Source: Catajapyx aquilonaris
Lineage: Eukaryota
Assembly: GCA_000934665.2 (NCBI GenBank)
Contig: KZ537965.1
Span: forward strand, 186,001 to 250,000
DNA length: 64,000 nucleotides
Direction: 5' to 3'
The notes beneath the pieces were generated by a model. It saw only the letters and a list, made by a program, of their open reading frames with translations. It was not told the origin of the DNA and made no database searches. This document shows, in pieces, positions 10,855 to 24,611 of this stretch. The position numbers and the translations under genes were made by a program. The number at the start of each line of letters is the position of its first letter. Within the stretch, counting starts at the first letter, position 1.

Positions 10855-11410
10855 TTGCCAAATTTGGCAACACTGTCGTGTAGCGGAACGTAGTACGATA
10901 TGCCACAACCAGATGGTGCCCAACGTCTATCTCTCTTAGTGGGCCTTTACTCTCTCTGCACACGTACTGCCGCTCCACGGAGAAAGAGGCAACTGCATGC
11001 ACGTTGGTGATGAGTCAACGCGTGTTCGGACAAAGTCACGCCTAGTCAATTATACACATACATGATTTGGCAACACTCCCCAGTCAGTCCTCCCCACTTG
11101 GACGTACAGTAGTCCTATAGGCCACAACCAGATGGCGTACGTGCAACCTCCCTCTATGCACACTATACTGCCACTCCCCGGAGAAAGTGGCAACTACATG
11201 CACGTTGGTGATGAGTCAATGCGTTTATAGAGACAAAGGCCTACCTACTGTATAATATTCTATATACATAATTATGATGAAGAGAGAGAACCACCTGCCA
11301 AAATTTGGCTACATCACTTCCTCGAATATGGACGTAGTACCACATGACTCACATGACGATGAATTTGCCCACTGCTGATGACTCTCCGTAGATAGAGGCA
11401 CATATGCCAC
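10855..11410. repeat. ~200-bp tandem repeat (2 good copies and 1 decayed copy) of a dispersed family
   Basis: CATGCACGTTGGTGATGAGTCAA at 10996 and 11197 (period 201), GCCACAACCAGATGG at 10902 and 11121, ATTTGGCAACACT at 10862 and 11065. A related fragment lies at about 10162-10214. Confidence 0.8.
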
Positions 11411-11519
11411 CTCAGTTCAATGAACAATTTGATTGGAGAAATTCCCTCATTTGTACAGTCCTTATCACCATCCATTGTTGTTCAATTGACATGATTTCTG
11501 AGCCAACAATTGAAATATA

Positions 11520-11752
11520 AGGCTGCTGGACTGTGGATTGAAGTTGTGAGTCCCTCCCGCTTGGTGCGGTAGAGTGTCCTTGAGCCGCCTTGAATTGATC
11601 GGATCCCAGGGAGAGCTAGCTAGAGCAGTGGAGTATTGTGTGTGTTATGTCGAGGGCCGGGGTGTGGGTGAAATAAACAAGCCATATGGGGGTCAGGGTC
11701 GACCTATATCTCGTTCCCGGAGGCTTTGAGCGACTGCGTACCTTTATTATTA
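11520..11752 (+). mobile_element. Possible decayed SINE-like element
   Basis: GTGTCCTTGAGC at about 11575 resembles the post-tRNA block of many metazoan SINEs, and the segment ends in a TTATTATTA tail. A and B boxes are not cleanly recognisable. Confidence 0.25.
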
Positions 11753-14700
11753 GGTCAGTCGTCGAAATAAGAGGGGAAGTGCAATGATGGTAATAATAAA
11801 GGCATGTGCTTCACTCCCACACTACTCGGGAGGATTAATTTATCCGTGGTGTTTGGATAAGGCTTGACCATTAGTTACATCAAAGGGCGGAAAATATGGT
11901 CAAAAAAGTGGCCTCATTATCCAAGCACATTTACTACAGAAACGTACATAACGATTGCAAGAACTATATTGTCGCAAAAAGACAATGCGACAATCTTTTT
12001 GCGCGTTATAGTATACGTGGAATTTTGATGCAATTTGGTGACTTATATGGTTGGTTCTAGCTCGTACTTGAGCACTTCGGAAGAGCGTTTATTGCTTGCT
12101 GGCATGTCTTTGGATTGTTAGGAACTTTGAAGGGACGAGGTGTTAGATGAAGATGGTGGGGAAGGAGAAGCTTTTTGGAAGCCCTCCCCCGCCTTCCCTT
12201 CCCCTACCATTCTAAGCACGTTCGTGCGATCTGTCTGGATTATCTTACCTTTATTCGCAGGTGCAGGAGCACTGGGATTATCAGAGGATTAATGTTGGAA
12301 TATGGTAGGTATCCTCTGTAAGTTTCTAACAAAATCCTGCACACGGTGATAATGATCTGCATTACGTGTAATAAGAGGGTAATTGTGCCGGAAGGTGTTT
12401 TTTTTTTACAGTACCCGGTAATAAAATTAGCCTTGAAACAACGTTGAGTCCTATAGTGATTAATTTGTTTTTTTTATTCATGCATATCCTGCAATATGCT
12501 GATTGAAACTTTCGAATTGTTAGTAAAAATTGCAATTTTTTTTAAAGACATTACCCTGCTGGTGTGGCCGAAATATTTTTCAGCAGAATTTATAGCTCGA
12601 TTTATAGTCTATAGCTATATGGCTACCTTGTATTGTTGTTTTCAATGGGAATTGCAAAGTTGGGGGGGAAAAATATTGTGGGTGCTGATCACTAATGCCT
12701 ACTAGTGATACTGGTTACTGGATAAAATAAAATGAAATGAAATGACAGTATTTTATCAGCCAGTATCAGAGTTGTGGTAGTACCTAGTGTGTTTTCCGGC
12801 CATATGTGGCGCTCTAGACTGTAGCACACTGCGAGGAGGTGGCGCTCCTGTGATGATAGTTAGAACTAAGTACCTTCAATAGTAATCTCTTTAAACAGTG
12901 ACAGTTCAAAAATTACAGCATTATTCCTCTTTTTTTCACACTTTATATAGCATTTTGAGAGGACACGTTAGTTAAATATTATAATGAACATTAACCGCAC
13001 CCGGAATTGATCGGAAACCAATGATCGGAACTGCTTTGAAGAATGTGGAGAGGCTGCTTTAATTCTGCTCCCATGTATTTTGCATAGGTTTGAGTGGCAT
13101 TAGCTGAGAGTCACTCCCTTCATATCGATTCGCTCAATGAGAAAGGTTCAATCATTAATACCTTTGCCTGCAATTGTAAAGGGTAGCTCACGTCACGTTT
13201 GACAAAGGACTGTGACGCTGTTGTTTGCTTCCCGACATTTAATGAAATGACATTTTCGTACGAGAAAACTCTAGTGTCACTGTGGATCACTGTACTCGTG
13301 TTAGTTGAGAAGGCTTGGATTTAGTTTGATAAAATGTGAGACTATAAATCTTAAATGTAACAAGCTATTTTAGATTCCGGTAAAAACCTAAAAAGTGGAA
13401 TAGAAAGGTGGGCACAAATTCTTCGAGATAAAGCAAAGTAAAAATGTTAAACATCATCAATATAGTCCGGTTCAGCTTTATATGGTCAATATTTTATGGC
13501 ATTTTTTAAATGTTATTCCGTACTAATTTTTAATGCACTTCAAAGCATTGCATTACAAACGTTCCGGGCGGAATTTCTGAACAGCATTTTACCTCCGTTT
13601 ACTTATTAAAACTGCACTTTAGGTTTCTGCTGCAAGTGCTTTCTGTATGTCTGTATGCCATATTATTATTTCAACAGTAGTGCAAGCATGAATTTCGCAA
13701 ATCATTCATATTTATGCAGAATTTGAGTTCAGATACATAGCAATATTTTTTTTAGCTGGTTTGAATAATTTCAAAGTGCATGCACTGTACATTCCACTGT
13801 ACTGTACATTACAATGTACTGTACATTCCACGTGCCAGATGCGTGATTAACCATGATGCATATGTGCTTAATGACACCCAAAGATATACTAAAGCCAGTT
13901 GTCATTTTCTCAGGAAATGTGCGAGCTTGCAGCGATTTCATCCGTAAATTCACAATAGCTCGAGCCTGGAAATTGCTTCATTTTGGGGAGGAGCTGGCCC
14001 GCATTGTCGAAATCGCTTGATATCCAAGTGCAAATCGTAAAGGAGGATGTATAAAGGTCTATCTGCTGATTATTGTGTGGCAAGGCGGACCCTACGGGTG
14101 ATACACCGTCAGGTTTACAGCAATCTTGGCGCCAACACGTTATCATTTGCGTCAGTACGGAGACGCAACTGTTTCTCAAACCCCCCCGCCCCAGAGTGAA
14201 TAGTGATTGTCCTCTTTGTTACACATTTTTATGCATCGAGTGCCCCTCTTCGTTTTTTTTTTTTTTTAAAGTCTGACCTTCAGCAGACGTGCATTGTAAC
14301 ACACACCTTTTGTAATATTTTCTCCTTATCGAAACTTTCAAACGTGAAGTCTGTTTTGGGCACCTGTTGGAAATAATTATACATGACGTCTGATTAACAC
14401 AATAAAATACTGACAGCCCAGATGCTAACATGCTCTGTTTCATGTCTTTCACCCCTACCAAGTCCACTTGCGCAGCAGTTAGAATTCATTAGAATTTGCT
14501 CCACAGACACAGAGGCCTATGTACTCGGAACAATAGGAGTTCCAGGAACACGTGGAGGCGCGTCCCAAACGCGTGCCCGCCATTTTCCTTCCGCACTCGA
14601 GCGCAATCAAAATGTCGAGTAATTCTCGGCATTGTCGGAAGCTGCGGACGATTTCTCTCCTCTCTGGGGGCTTCTCTCTCGCCATACGCGAGGTATTTTC

Positions 14701-17700
14701 TAGAATGGCACTATCAAGTGGATGGGGGGGGAGGAAGAGTCTCTCAAAAGCCTCTGGAAAGAGCCCTCCATCTGGTGGTTGTTGCTCATTACCGCGCCCT
14801 CTTGATTACTACGATTTTCATGTCTCCGGGACTAGAAGCACTTGTCTTTACACCAGTGACCCATTTTACCCTGCAGTTTAATACGTTTTCCCTCCGCCCC
14901 GGAATGGAAATGGCATTGCATAGCTTGGATTATCCGGTATTTTCTCTCCTGTGTGGTTCCTTTCTCAAAATGGTGCTGCTGGACGGAGGACATTTTGACG
15001 TTACGAGGAGCGGTTACAATTAAAGGAAACTGCGGCTCTTAAGTGATAACCGATATTGCCTTTGGGACCGGGTCTTATTGAGGCTGAATCAATATGGTTT
15101 TCCGTTGAGGATCAACAATGTTTTGATGCCAAGTACCTAACAGTGACATACACTACAAAGTTTTTCTTCGCTCAAGTTTTCTCCAGGAAAAGCAATCAAC
15201 AATTGTATATTCCAATACGGAGGAAAGCTCTGCGCTTTCACCTTATATCTACGCAGCAGTCGTCAAAATGAAGAGAGAGAAAAAAGGATGCTTGCTTATT
15301 TCTTCTCCAATGATTTATTGTGGAATGAAATGTTGATCGATCTCTCTTCTGCCACGCTTCCTCGCTAATGGTCAGAAAATCCTATCCGCGGACAGGGGCG
15401 TCCAAAGATTGCGTTTCAGCTTGTGATTAATGACATCTGAAAAGGAGAAGGGAGAGAACCTTTTTGTCTTCAAGGACTTGCAATATCAACAAGTTGTATT
15501 GCTGATAGGTTTTTCCCCCTCATCACTTATGCTTGCAACATGTTACGTACTGTACTACAAAAAAAAGTTGCATGCATAGCCTACACATCATGAAGAGCAA
15601 TGAGCAACAATTTTTTTTTGTTACAAAGTGCATGTGTTTCACTATAGTAATTGCAGAACATTTGCAAATTGGCCCAAATTTTGATGTCAGTCTTGAGCAA
15701 TCGGTGATCGATAGCTCAATACCTTAATCTCATCACAATAATGCATTAGGGAAGCCCCCCCCCCTCAAAAAAAAAAGGACTGGGGAGATAGGGGGTGAAG
15801 AAGAAGAAGATTCAGACTACATATCCCACGCAACTTTCCGGATGGAATTACGCCGTTCCAGCAAGTTTTACGGCCTCCTGCGTTACACTTATTATATATG
15901 AAGCGACGCAACATGGGCCCAATTCTCTAGGGACTCGTCCTAAACCAACTCGGAGGAACAAGTTTCGCCTTTTGCAGGGCACAACTAAATTATCCTCCAG
16001 TGTCTACTGACGTCCCCTGAAAAAAAGGGGGGGATAGGAAGGGTGGGGGGGATAGGACTTTGCATTATTAATATGGTTTGTAACAAGGGATCAAAAAACT
16101 GTATCGTGTAGATCTGTTATTTGGTTGTGTTGTAATTGCACAAGTTTGATGGGTTTACCGATGTGGTAATCTGGGTGCCCTAATAACCTTTCACGAAGTT
16201 CAGGTCGAGGTTCAGATGTGAGTGAGGAGTCTAAGATAAGCTAGGAGATAACCCAACTTACGTGAAACTATGTAGATAAATATTAGTACTGTTTAAACAC
16301 CGTTGTTGTGTTGACGTCACTTACAAATGACCTTTTTTTCTTTTTGATAGGAGGTCAGACACTTTTTTTTCTCCTCCTGATTTCCTGAGACTTGAGTAGA
16401 ATTGGAGGATTTTTTATTTTTTTTTAGGAGATTGAGTTCATAACTCGCCCTCGAATGGGACCGATTACTCCATGTATAAAGAATCGGGTCTTCCCCTTGC
16501 TATTTTACGATCCGACTCGGACCGATGGTCGTTCGTTTCGTGTCAGATGTCGTAAAGTGCCTCGTCAACCCGGGATCGAAAAGAAGGGAACCCCGCCTTT
16601 CGCTTCTCCCGGATCTTCTCCGGATTCGCAGATGGTTAATATTGTGACAGATGGCAAGAATAAATGTCAATGAATGGTCTACTGGGCTAAACGGCTTTAT
16701 CTGAGACCTTGCAAGGCCGAAGAAGAAAAAAAATGTAGCTGAAATGCTGTTCATTTAAATATGTTTTTTTTACAACAAATTGTGTCCACATCCGACCAAG
16801 TAATGCGTTGAATGATTTTTTGTAAATGTATCATATGGCTGTCCATTATCTTTGTTGCATTGTTTCGAATGCAAGCGGTCACAGGATGTGAGCAAATAAA
16901 AATTTCTGCAATCAGAGTCACGGCAGCTCGTTATTCATTCCGGTTCCGCTTTTTACTGCATATAGTCCAGTACAATATAGGCGAAATTTCTAAGAAACTG
17001 ATCTTATCAGGGGTCGATTCATCACCCACTTTGGCTCGCAGACTTGCTCAGAACAGCACGAAAAGTAAACTGGTGCTCTTTTTTTTCTATACGTATTTCT
17101 TTTTTAGAGTTTTTTTTTAAATTATTAATCTGGAGCGTATTACATTGTAGGCCGGATGGAAGGCTCAAATGATGTAACCAAATACGTGGTTTCCGGCGAT
17201 GATAGGGACACGCGCTCTCTGTTTTTTTTTTCTTCCTCCGAGACCAAAGTTGACCTCCCTACGAGTTTGACCCCGGTGCCAGGAGAAGCCTGTCTGCCGG
17301 CCAGGGTCAAGGATGGGCGGTGTAGTTTTGGTCTCTGGACTATGTTCCCATGACGCTGGGCGTTCATTCAACAGGGGGGAGGTTGGAGCTCTGTGTCTCT
17401 GTGTGTAACCCTATCGCAGACTTTGGGTTTCCTGTTTCCACCAGGAAGTCATCTCGACACGACGCCCCAAGCCCCCTACTTTTCCTACTATGCATATCTG
17501 CAGCATGTACAAATAATTGTTGTTTGCCAGCAGGAGAGGGGGGGGGGGGGCATAACCACTTGGCCACATTTTNTTTTGTTTGCTTGGGGATTTTCCAACT
17601 GGGACTAATTTTCAGGGTGAAATATATTGCATCCGATATGTTACAGTTGTTTGCAAACACTTGTGTTACTGTGGCAATATGCCTTGTGCAATGAAATTAT

Positions 17701-17745
17701 TAAAATTCATTCATGTTTTTCGGTTACGCACTTTGTAGATACAAT

Positions 17746-18013
17746 GGCGTTGACATGGAAAAGGACGCCGTAAGTCACAATGAGAAATGTGCCACAAAAA
17801 TAATCTAGCCTATACATTTAAATGTTAATATCATAAAGTGATTTTACTTTCACTTTTCAAGTGACTTTGTGTGTAACTAATCCAACAATAAGAAATATTT
17901 TGTGTAATAAAAAAAACTGCTTTCATGGTGTTCTCAAAACTGGTTTTTTTTTTGCCTAGCCCCTGTAAAAAAATCATATTTGTGACTTACGCCCTTTCCC
18001 ATGTCAACGCCTC
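17746..18013. mobile_element. MITE with ~33-bp imperfect TIRs, Sola-like
   Basis: Left GGCGTTGACATGGAAAAGGACGCCGTAAGTCACAA; right TTGTGACTTACGCCCTTTCCCATGTCAACGCCTC followed by AATT. The left terminus appears slightly eroded. Superfamily is inferred from the GAG..CTC end and the 4-bp AT flank. Confidence 0.7.
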
Positions 18014-21000
18014 AATTAATTATTAGAATATAATAATCAAGCTGATGATTTGTAACCTCATATTGCTGGCCACATTCTGGCCACAATAATACAAGGTACG
18101 CTATGTGCGTCAAAGTCACAGTTTCTCTGGAGTAATCTGCAAGTTATAGTACCATTTGTTCCTGATTAGTGCATCAAGTACACCTTGTAATAATCCCATC
18201 AATAACGTTTTTATCAGCAACATATGCATCAGTGATGTACCTGAACCGATAAATATTTTTGTGAAGGTAATAAGCTGACGTCAATATGCAATTTGATGCA
18301 AGCCTTGTTTTTTTATCATCAGGATATTGCTGACGTACGTTTTGCAAGGGAATCACCGACCTTTTTACACATGCAATTGAAGTAACTTTACAACTTCCTC
18401 GACTTTAATGTTAATGGTAAAAAAAATTATATGCACTTTTTTTTCTTCAAAGTGATATATGTGATTACGTCTAGATAATTTTCGGAGTCAGACTCAATAC
18501 ACACGCCCCCATGAAATGCGTCATGCGTATCCGCCCCAACCACAAATTACTCATGTTAACAAACATTGGCTGTTTCTCATCCTAAAGAGTGGCAGTGACT
18601 TCTCCCAAGTTCGGGGTTAAAGGCCGTAGATTACGGTTCGATCCTAATCGCCCATCCCTAATGAAAGATACATGGATTAGTCTGCGAGGAATGTGCAGCT
18701 TGTACCCAACGTGTTTATAACCGTGGTCAAAGGTGACTTGTTACGTCCTTATCAAAATAGCGGCTCCGGAGTTCTGTGTACCTTGATTTGGCTGTGCTTT
18801 AGGAGAGACAAAGTCCTTGGTGGTGATTCAACCTCCTTACCCTCCCTTCATGTGACATCAAACTTGAGCAATTGGGCCAGTGGGTACTCTTCATGATAAG
18901 CTTACCCCATCCTTTATTGTCTTATGCTCTTTTTGGCTTTCCCCAAGTCCAGTGGGCGCAGAACAAAGTCGGTCCCCTAAAACCACACCCACACTTAAGT
19001 CTTTAGCGTGCTCTATTAGAAAAGCAGGAAAATTAATGCTTCCAGCCCCATGGCTCTTCTTTGAGGAATTGCAGTTTCGTGGCTTCATGGGATGAGGCTC
19101 TTCGCTTCTTCTTCTTTTTTTTTAAACTTCCGCTCTATTATTGTGGTGTAACCCATTACTCCTGCACACTTGGCATGAAATATAACTGACTCGACTTAAC
19201 TCGCACGACAAGACACAAAAGGTGGTTGTAATTCGCGGCTGGGAATTTATTTCCGTCCGGAGATTCCGGTTATTATTAGATTGCGAAAGCAAGTTCCTCC
19301 CCAGCAGGTTCATATAGAAAGCTGTTATTCTGGAGGGGTTAGTTTTAGGAAAGTCGGATGTAAAATGGGGGGATAAAGTAGGTGAAAAATAACAACACGT
19401 CAAATGCTAGCCACAATGTAGAGATTTAACGAAAATAATAGTAATTCGGAAATGTTGTTATTTGGTATTATGTTGTCAATGTCAAAACAAATCTGATGCT
19501 TTGTTTGGTGCACTTCGTACCAGGGCATGCTCATTGTATGAGTAGATAAATGCGCGTGAATCGTGACAAATACACGAACAACTCAATGCTAGGATTTCCA
19601 TATATATTTTTTCGCATTTCTCACATTACTTGCCTTTTTGCATGTGCTTATTACAACATTTTTTTTGCCGATATGCCAGTTGGACATGCAAGGACACAAC
19701 CATCTGTTATTTACTGCGCGTGCCAAGTAAACTTTCAGGAATGCATGAATATCGAGGGATTCCAACTGGCGAAGTAAACAAATTTCTTCATCTGATTTTA
19801 GCTCCAGAACTACAAGTCTATGCCCCGTAGATATGTAGATACGAGATATTCCTGGAAGTACATTTCGCAGCCAACTATAGTTTATAGAACCAGACTATGC
19901 CTTGTGGCAACCTAGAAAGTAAGACCAACCATGACTGAAGGTAACACAACAATAGACCCCCCGCCTCCCACACAAGCTTGAGCACTTGTTCCCCACAACC
20001 TCGCTTGTTATCCCCTCCACTTTGCCTCTCTTCAATGCTGTGACCACGGAGTAATCCTATTATCCTCCAACGCATATATCATCTTCAAAGCGGATAGCTG
20101 CTAGCTCAGGCTGGCTAGAATATAAGCCACATGATCGCAATGATCGAAAAATTTGCAAAAATGTTTTGTCCAGAAAAAAAAAACTCTCATAAAAGTTTCG
20201 ACAGGGTGCATCGAACTTATTGCGTGGCTGGCAAAAAAACAAGCTCGAATAGGACACAATTACCCGGCACTTATTGCAACAGAATCTTAACTTTTTAAGC
20301 CTATGATTGAGCATTTTGTGGGGAGGTCGTAACTCGGGGAGTTATTATTCAGATAAATCGATTAGGTCAATAACCTAATCTTCGAAAGAGGGGGGGTGGT
20401 TTTATGGTCCATGCGGATCTGNAAGACATTTCTCCTTTGTAATGCACTTGGAGGGGGGGAGCTTGGTAGTTTTAAGTAGAGGTATCCCATGCAAAAGTTT
20501 TCGGGTGCAAAAGTTTCCCCCAGTCCAATCAAAGTATCGTACATTTCCATTTTCTTCTAAGTAAGTGTCGTCTCCTTTTACGCCCCTCCTACAATTCTCC
20601 CTTTGCACGTCCAAAGAATGTGTTTTATGCCATTTTTTTCCTTACCATATAGACTCTTCTTTTATTCATGTTTATGACCCCCGCATTCATTTTAATGCCA
20701 TTTCATATTTGCTCCATTTTTTTCCGGACATCTCATCGACGCCCCCTAAAAATAAGTGAGGGCATGTCTTCTGGTGCGGGAGACACCTGCATAGAGCTAG
20801 AAAGCAAAGTGGGCAAGCCTTTGCAGCCCTACTTCCCATTCAGACGCCGTCTACCCCCAGCCTAGCACTGGCGGGCTATATGCCTTTTTTGGAAGGGGGG
20901 GGGGGTTGGTTTTGAAGGGAGGGGGGCTAGAGAGGGGGGGTTGCTGCCAGACCCCCAGTTGGATCGATAGCCAGCGTCTGAGCCCATCAGGGACGCTGCA

Positions 21001-21799
21001 GAGAGACGCTCCAGAAGCCATCCTGCAGCACCACCACCAGGGTTCTCCAAAATGGGACACACCATCTCAGGAAGAAAGAGAAGGAAAAAAAATCCGCGAA
21101 TTTTTTTACAAACATAACCAATTATAGCCAATAATGTTGTTTGATGGTGGTGGCCAAAATGAAGCCCCGGATTATATGAATGGCAATAGTGGGGGCCTGG
21201 AGCGACGGAAATCCGCTAATTGCAATAAGTGCAAAGTCTGCACGTCAGGCTCGTAGAAGCTCGTGGGAAAGTCGTAGGTGTAGCTGCCAGCTTTTTGCCC
21301 CCCCAAAGAGTTGGGAAAGGAAAAGGCGGGGGAGGAGGGTAGATGTGGGAAGCAGCAGCCATTGGGAGGAGGACGAAGAAGGTGTTTACAGTAGTTGCCC
21401 CACGTCGAAAGCACAAATCGTTTTTTGCACGCCAAAAAACTTGGAAGCTGAGGGAAACAGCACACAGTTGCTTAGCGACCATTTTCGCGCCTGAGGGCCT
21501 GTGACGTCAATCAGAATTTTTTTTCCCCCTCCCCGCATGCAATCGACGACGTACTGTATTTACATGTGCGCAATGAATGACGCAAAATGGTAATAGTCAT
21601 ACGCGCCGGGGTGTGTGAAAGATTTGGCGTGTTTCGATCAGACGTATACTATGCACGTCCCCATAGTACAACGTTGGGTCTATAGTATGCTCGCAGCTGG
21701 GTCTTGCCATGACAAAAGGGGAAATAAACAAAGGCCGCCATCGTTAGGCGCTGTCATGTATAAAATAAGAGCCGTCAATGCATGAGAGGGGGGAAGGTA

Positions 21800-21854
21800 C
21801 AGGGTGTGTTACTCAAATGCCAACAAAATATTATATGAAAATTCAGACACCCTG
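21800..21854. mobile_element. Tiny Tc1/mariner-like remnant
   Basis: TA|CAGGGTGT ... ACACCCTG; only 8-bp TIRs. Confidence 0.3.
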
Positions 21855-22651
21855 TGGACCGGCTATGTACGTATAAGTGACACCTGCAAAGTAAGACAAA
21901 CACCAAACATGTTTTTTTCACATAATCATCCAACAAGAGCTTGATTGTTGTGCTTATCGCCCCCCAATTGTTTTGGTCATCGATAGAGAAAAATATTTAC
22001 CATCACAAAAAGACTGGAGCAGCAAATGAGGTTTTAACTACTTTGACCTTATATACTTAAAAAAAATTGTCCAGGGGCATTTGGGGGAAGCATAACGACA
22101 TAAAAATCGTCCCAACCTGATAATGATTAACGACCTCTCACCTGTCTTCGGCTAGACAAAACAATTTTCATACTTATCTGACGACTATTGCATATGATGA
22201 CTGTTGCTAGGGGAAAAACCCTGACATTTTTTTTATAAGTACAGTACATCAAATAGACGTAATTCCTAGAACATGTGCATACTGTACGTTGCCGTTGCGC
22301 ACGATTTGGTATTTTTGTTGACGTATACACCACTACAGTACAGTATAATATCTGGCGAAGGTCTCGCCTTACGTTTGCACGTAATTTAAGCAAGGACGTA
22401 GCCTGGGCTGCCGGGAAATGTACCTAAAGTTTCGTCAATTTTTTTTTGCGCCAAAGGAAATATGAAAAAAATCGCATGTAGCAAGTGCAAAATTTTTGCA
22501 ATGGGAGTTTTTCACGTTAGATCTGCACTTATCAAGTACGTTGGAAGACGTCATTATGTGGATGTAAAACAAGGAGAAACTGAAAAAGCAAGATGTCACA
22601 AATAACAATGACGTAGATCATTCCTAACAATGCTAGATAAAGTGTCATTTA

Positions 22652-22813
22652 AGGCCATTTCACAAAAAAAACGGCGCGCGGCAAACGGCGCGCGTTGCGG
22701 CAAATTTATTATTTATATTTATTATTGCCAACAATTGGCAACAATAAATATAAATAAAAAATTTGCCGCAAGTCGCGCCGTTTGCCGCGCGACATTTTTT
22801 TGTGAAATGGCCT
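22652..22813. mobile_element. Fold-back PIF/Harbinger (Tourist-like) MITE, 162 bp
   Basis: AGGCCATTTCACAAAAAAA ... TTTTTTTGTGAAATGGCCT. The arms are near-palindromic along their whole length around a short loop near 22732-22735. A TTA target duplication sits at 22649-22651 and 22814-22816. Confidence 0.9.
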
Positions 22814-24545
22814 TTATTCTGAAAATTCAAGAATGTCAAAGTCAGCTGAAAATAGTCGTAGAATTTCGCTAAATAAAAATTTTAATCACTTATTAGGGTG
22901 GATTTATTTTCCCACTGCTAGTTATTCGGTGATGCTAACTTAACAGTACCAGTGTTATTGGCAATGGTAATATATCGCTCAAAAAGATTGAGAACGATTT
23001 TGCATTGAGACCAAATACAAAATCGTCTCCATTTTTTTGTAGCGATATATAGTACTTCTAAGTTAGCAGTAACTAGTAGTGAGACGAAAATTCCATGCTT
23101 ATTACTATCTGAAGTATACAGTTTTGCGTAACGCACTTCTAACGGTACTCGCTCTCAGTAAATTACGCAACAGAGTTATTGCAGCGTGAACTATGTGACA
23201 ATCGCGCACTCGTACCCCAAAAGTACAATACAGCTGCCAATTACCGCCAGCCATTTATGTAATCCCCCAAATGGTAATGATATGTACATTTACATTATTT
23301 TAAACAACCTGACCCCAAGTGGATTCAAACTAATTCAGCGCAATGGGATTACAATCAAAGTTTGTGTGTACGCCACAATTTGTATTTCGCAGAGAAATAT
23401 ATTGTTACAATGAGTTACATGACAGCAGCCTCAGGCAGTAGAAATATCTGCCCAGAATTTTCGAGTTGGAGGGGGGACTGGCCAGCAACTAATTTACAAA
23501 TCGCAGGAAACATAATGAGTTTATAAAAATGGCCTCGGGCGATAAGCCACGGTGACCACTCCGGCTTGGTTATTGAAACATGCCTTGCAGACCAAAAAAA
23601 TGTGCTTGACTCTTTTGTTTTCAACCCGCGTAACAAACCCTTTTTTTTTGACATATCGTGCCAATAAAAGCCTGCATTCAAAAACGCGGCTCTTTTCCAG
23701 GAAAAGCTGCCAAATCTGCGCCTGGACCACAATGGCGACTTTGCACTGCATCAATGGGAAATATTTGGGGGACGTACGTACTGGTTGGGTTTAAAGCTAC
23801 ACCCCCAACGGCACATGGGGGTGAATTAATCCCACTTAATAAAATTATATGCACCCGTTTTTAGGCGGTGTTGGGTATCTCATCTCGGGTATACCCTCGT
23901 TTTTGGCAGGTTTACGACGCGTCTTGCGTCGGTTGCATCCCTTTTTACGGCCGTTTTCACAGCCCATATGGAAAAAAAAGGTTCCGACCTTCATCCCCCT
24001 ACGGATATTTTTGCTGCCAAGTCGCATTAAATTAATATTATATCGCGGGGTGGTAGTGTGAAGCAGCGCACGTTTCGCAGTCGTAAATCTAGCCTTTTGC
24101 AGGATTGCACACCTTGCCCCGGGTGAGGGTAACTTTAGAAGAGAGGTTTTTTTTTAATTTAAAAAAAAAAATCCGGATGTGGAAATTAAATATTGCATGG
24201 AATTACTCCAAATGTAGTTTCAGTGTGAATTTTATTTGTGGACGTCAAGGACAGCTGTTGTCGTATGACCTATTCGCATAATGTTCGTTTTGATATTACA
24301 GTATCGTCGCGGAAGTTCAGAGTGATGCAACTAAACTGTATAGGAAGTGATAGGTTTTAAGACCTGACGTAACCGCAATGTTGGCTGATACCGCGCGAAT
24401 AAATGTCAACGCGATTATTCGAATTTTCATTCACCGGTAGTATATACGATTAATATTTTGCGGCTGAATTATATACGCCTACGTTCAAAGGCCTATATGC
24501 TTTTATGACGATGTGTCAACAATCTGGTGGACTTTGTCCGCGCTG

Positions 24546-24611
24546 TGACTCGTCACCAACGTGCATGTAGTGCTACTTTCTCCCTGTGAGTGGTAGGTAC
24601 ACTACGTCCAA
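24546..24611 (-). repeat. Inverted partial copy of the ~200-bp repeat at 10855-11410
   Basis: The reverse complement reads TTGGACGTAGT..CTACCACTCACAGGGAGAAAGTAGCACTACATGCACGTTGGTGACGAGTCA, matching 11168-11218. Confidence 0.8.

Noticed and set aside
14496..15023. 175-aa and 109-aa ORFs
   Set aside because: No recognisable motifs, no supporting splice structure, atypical composition.
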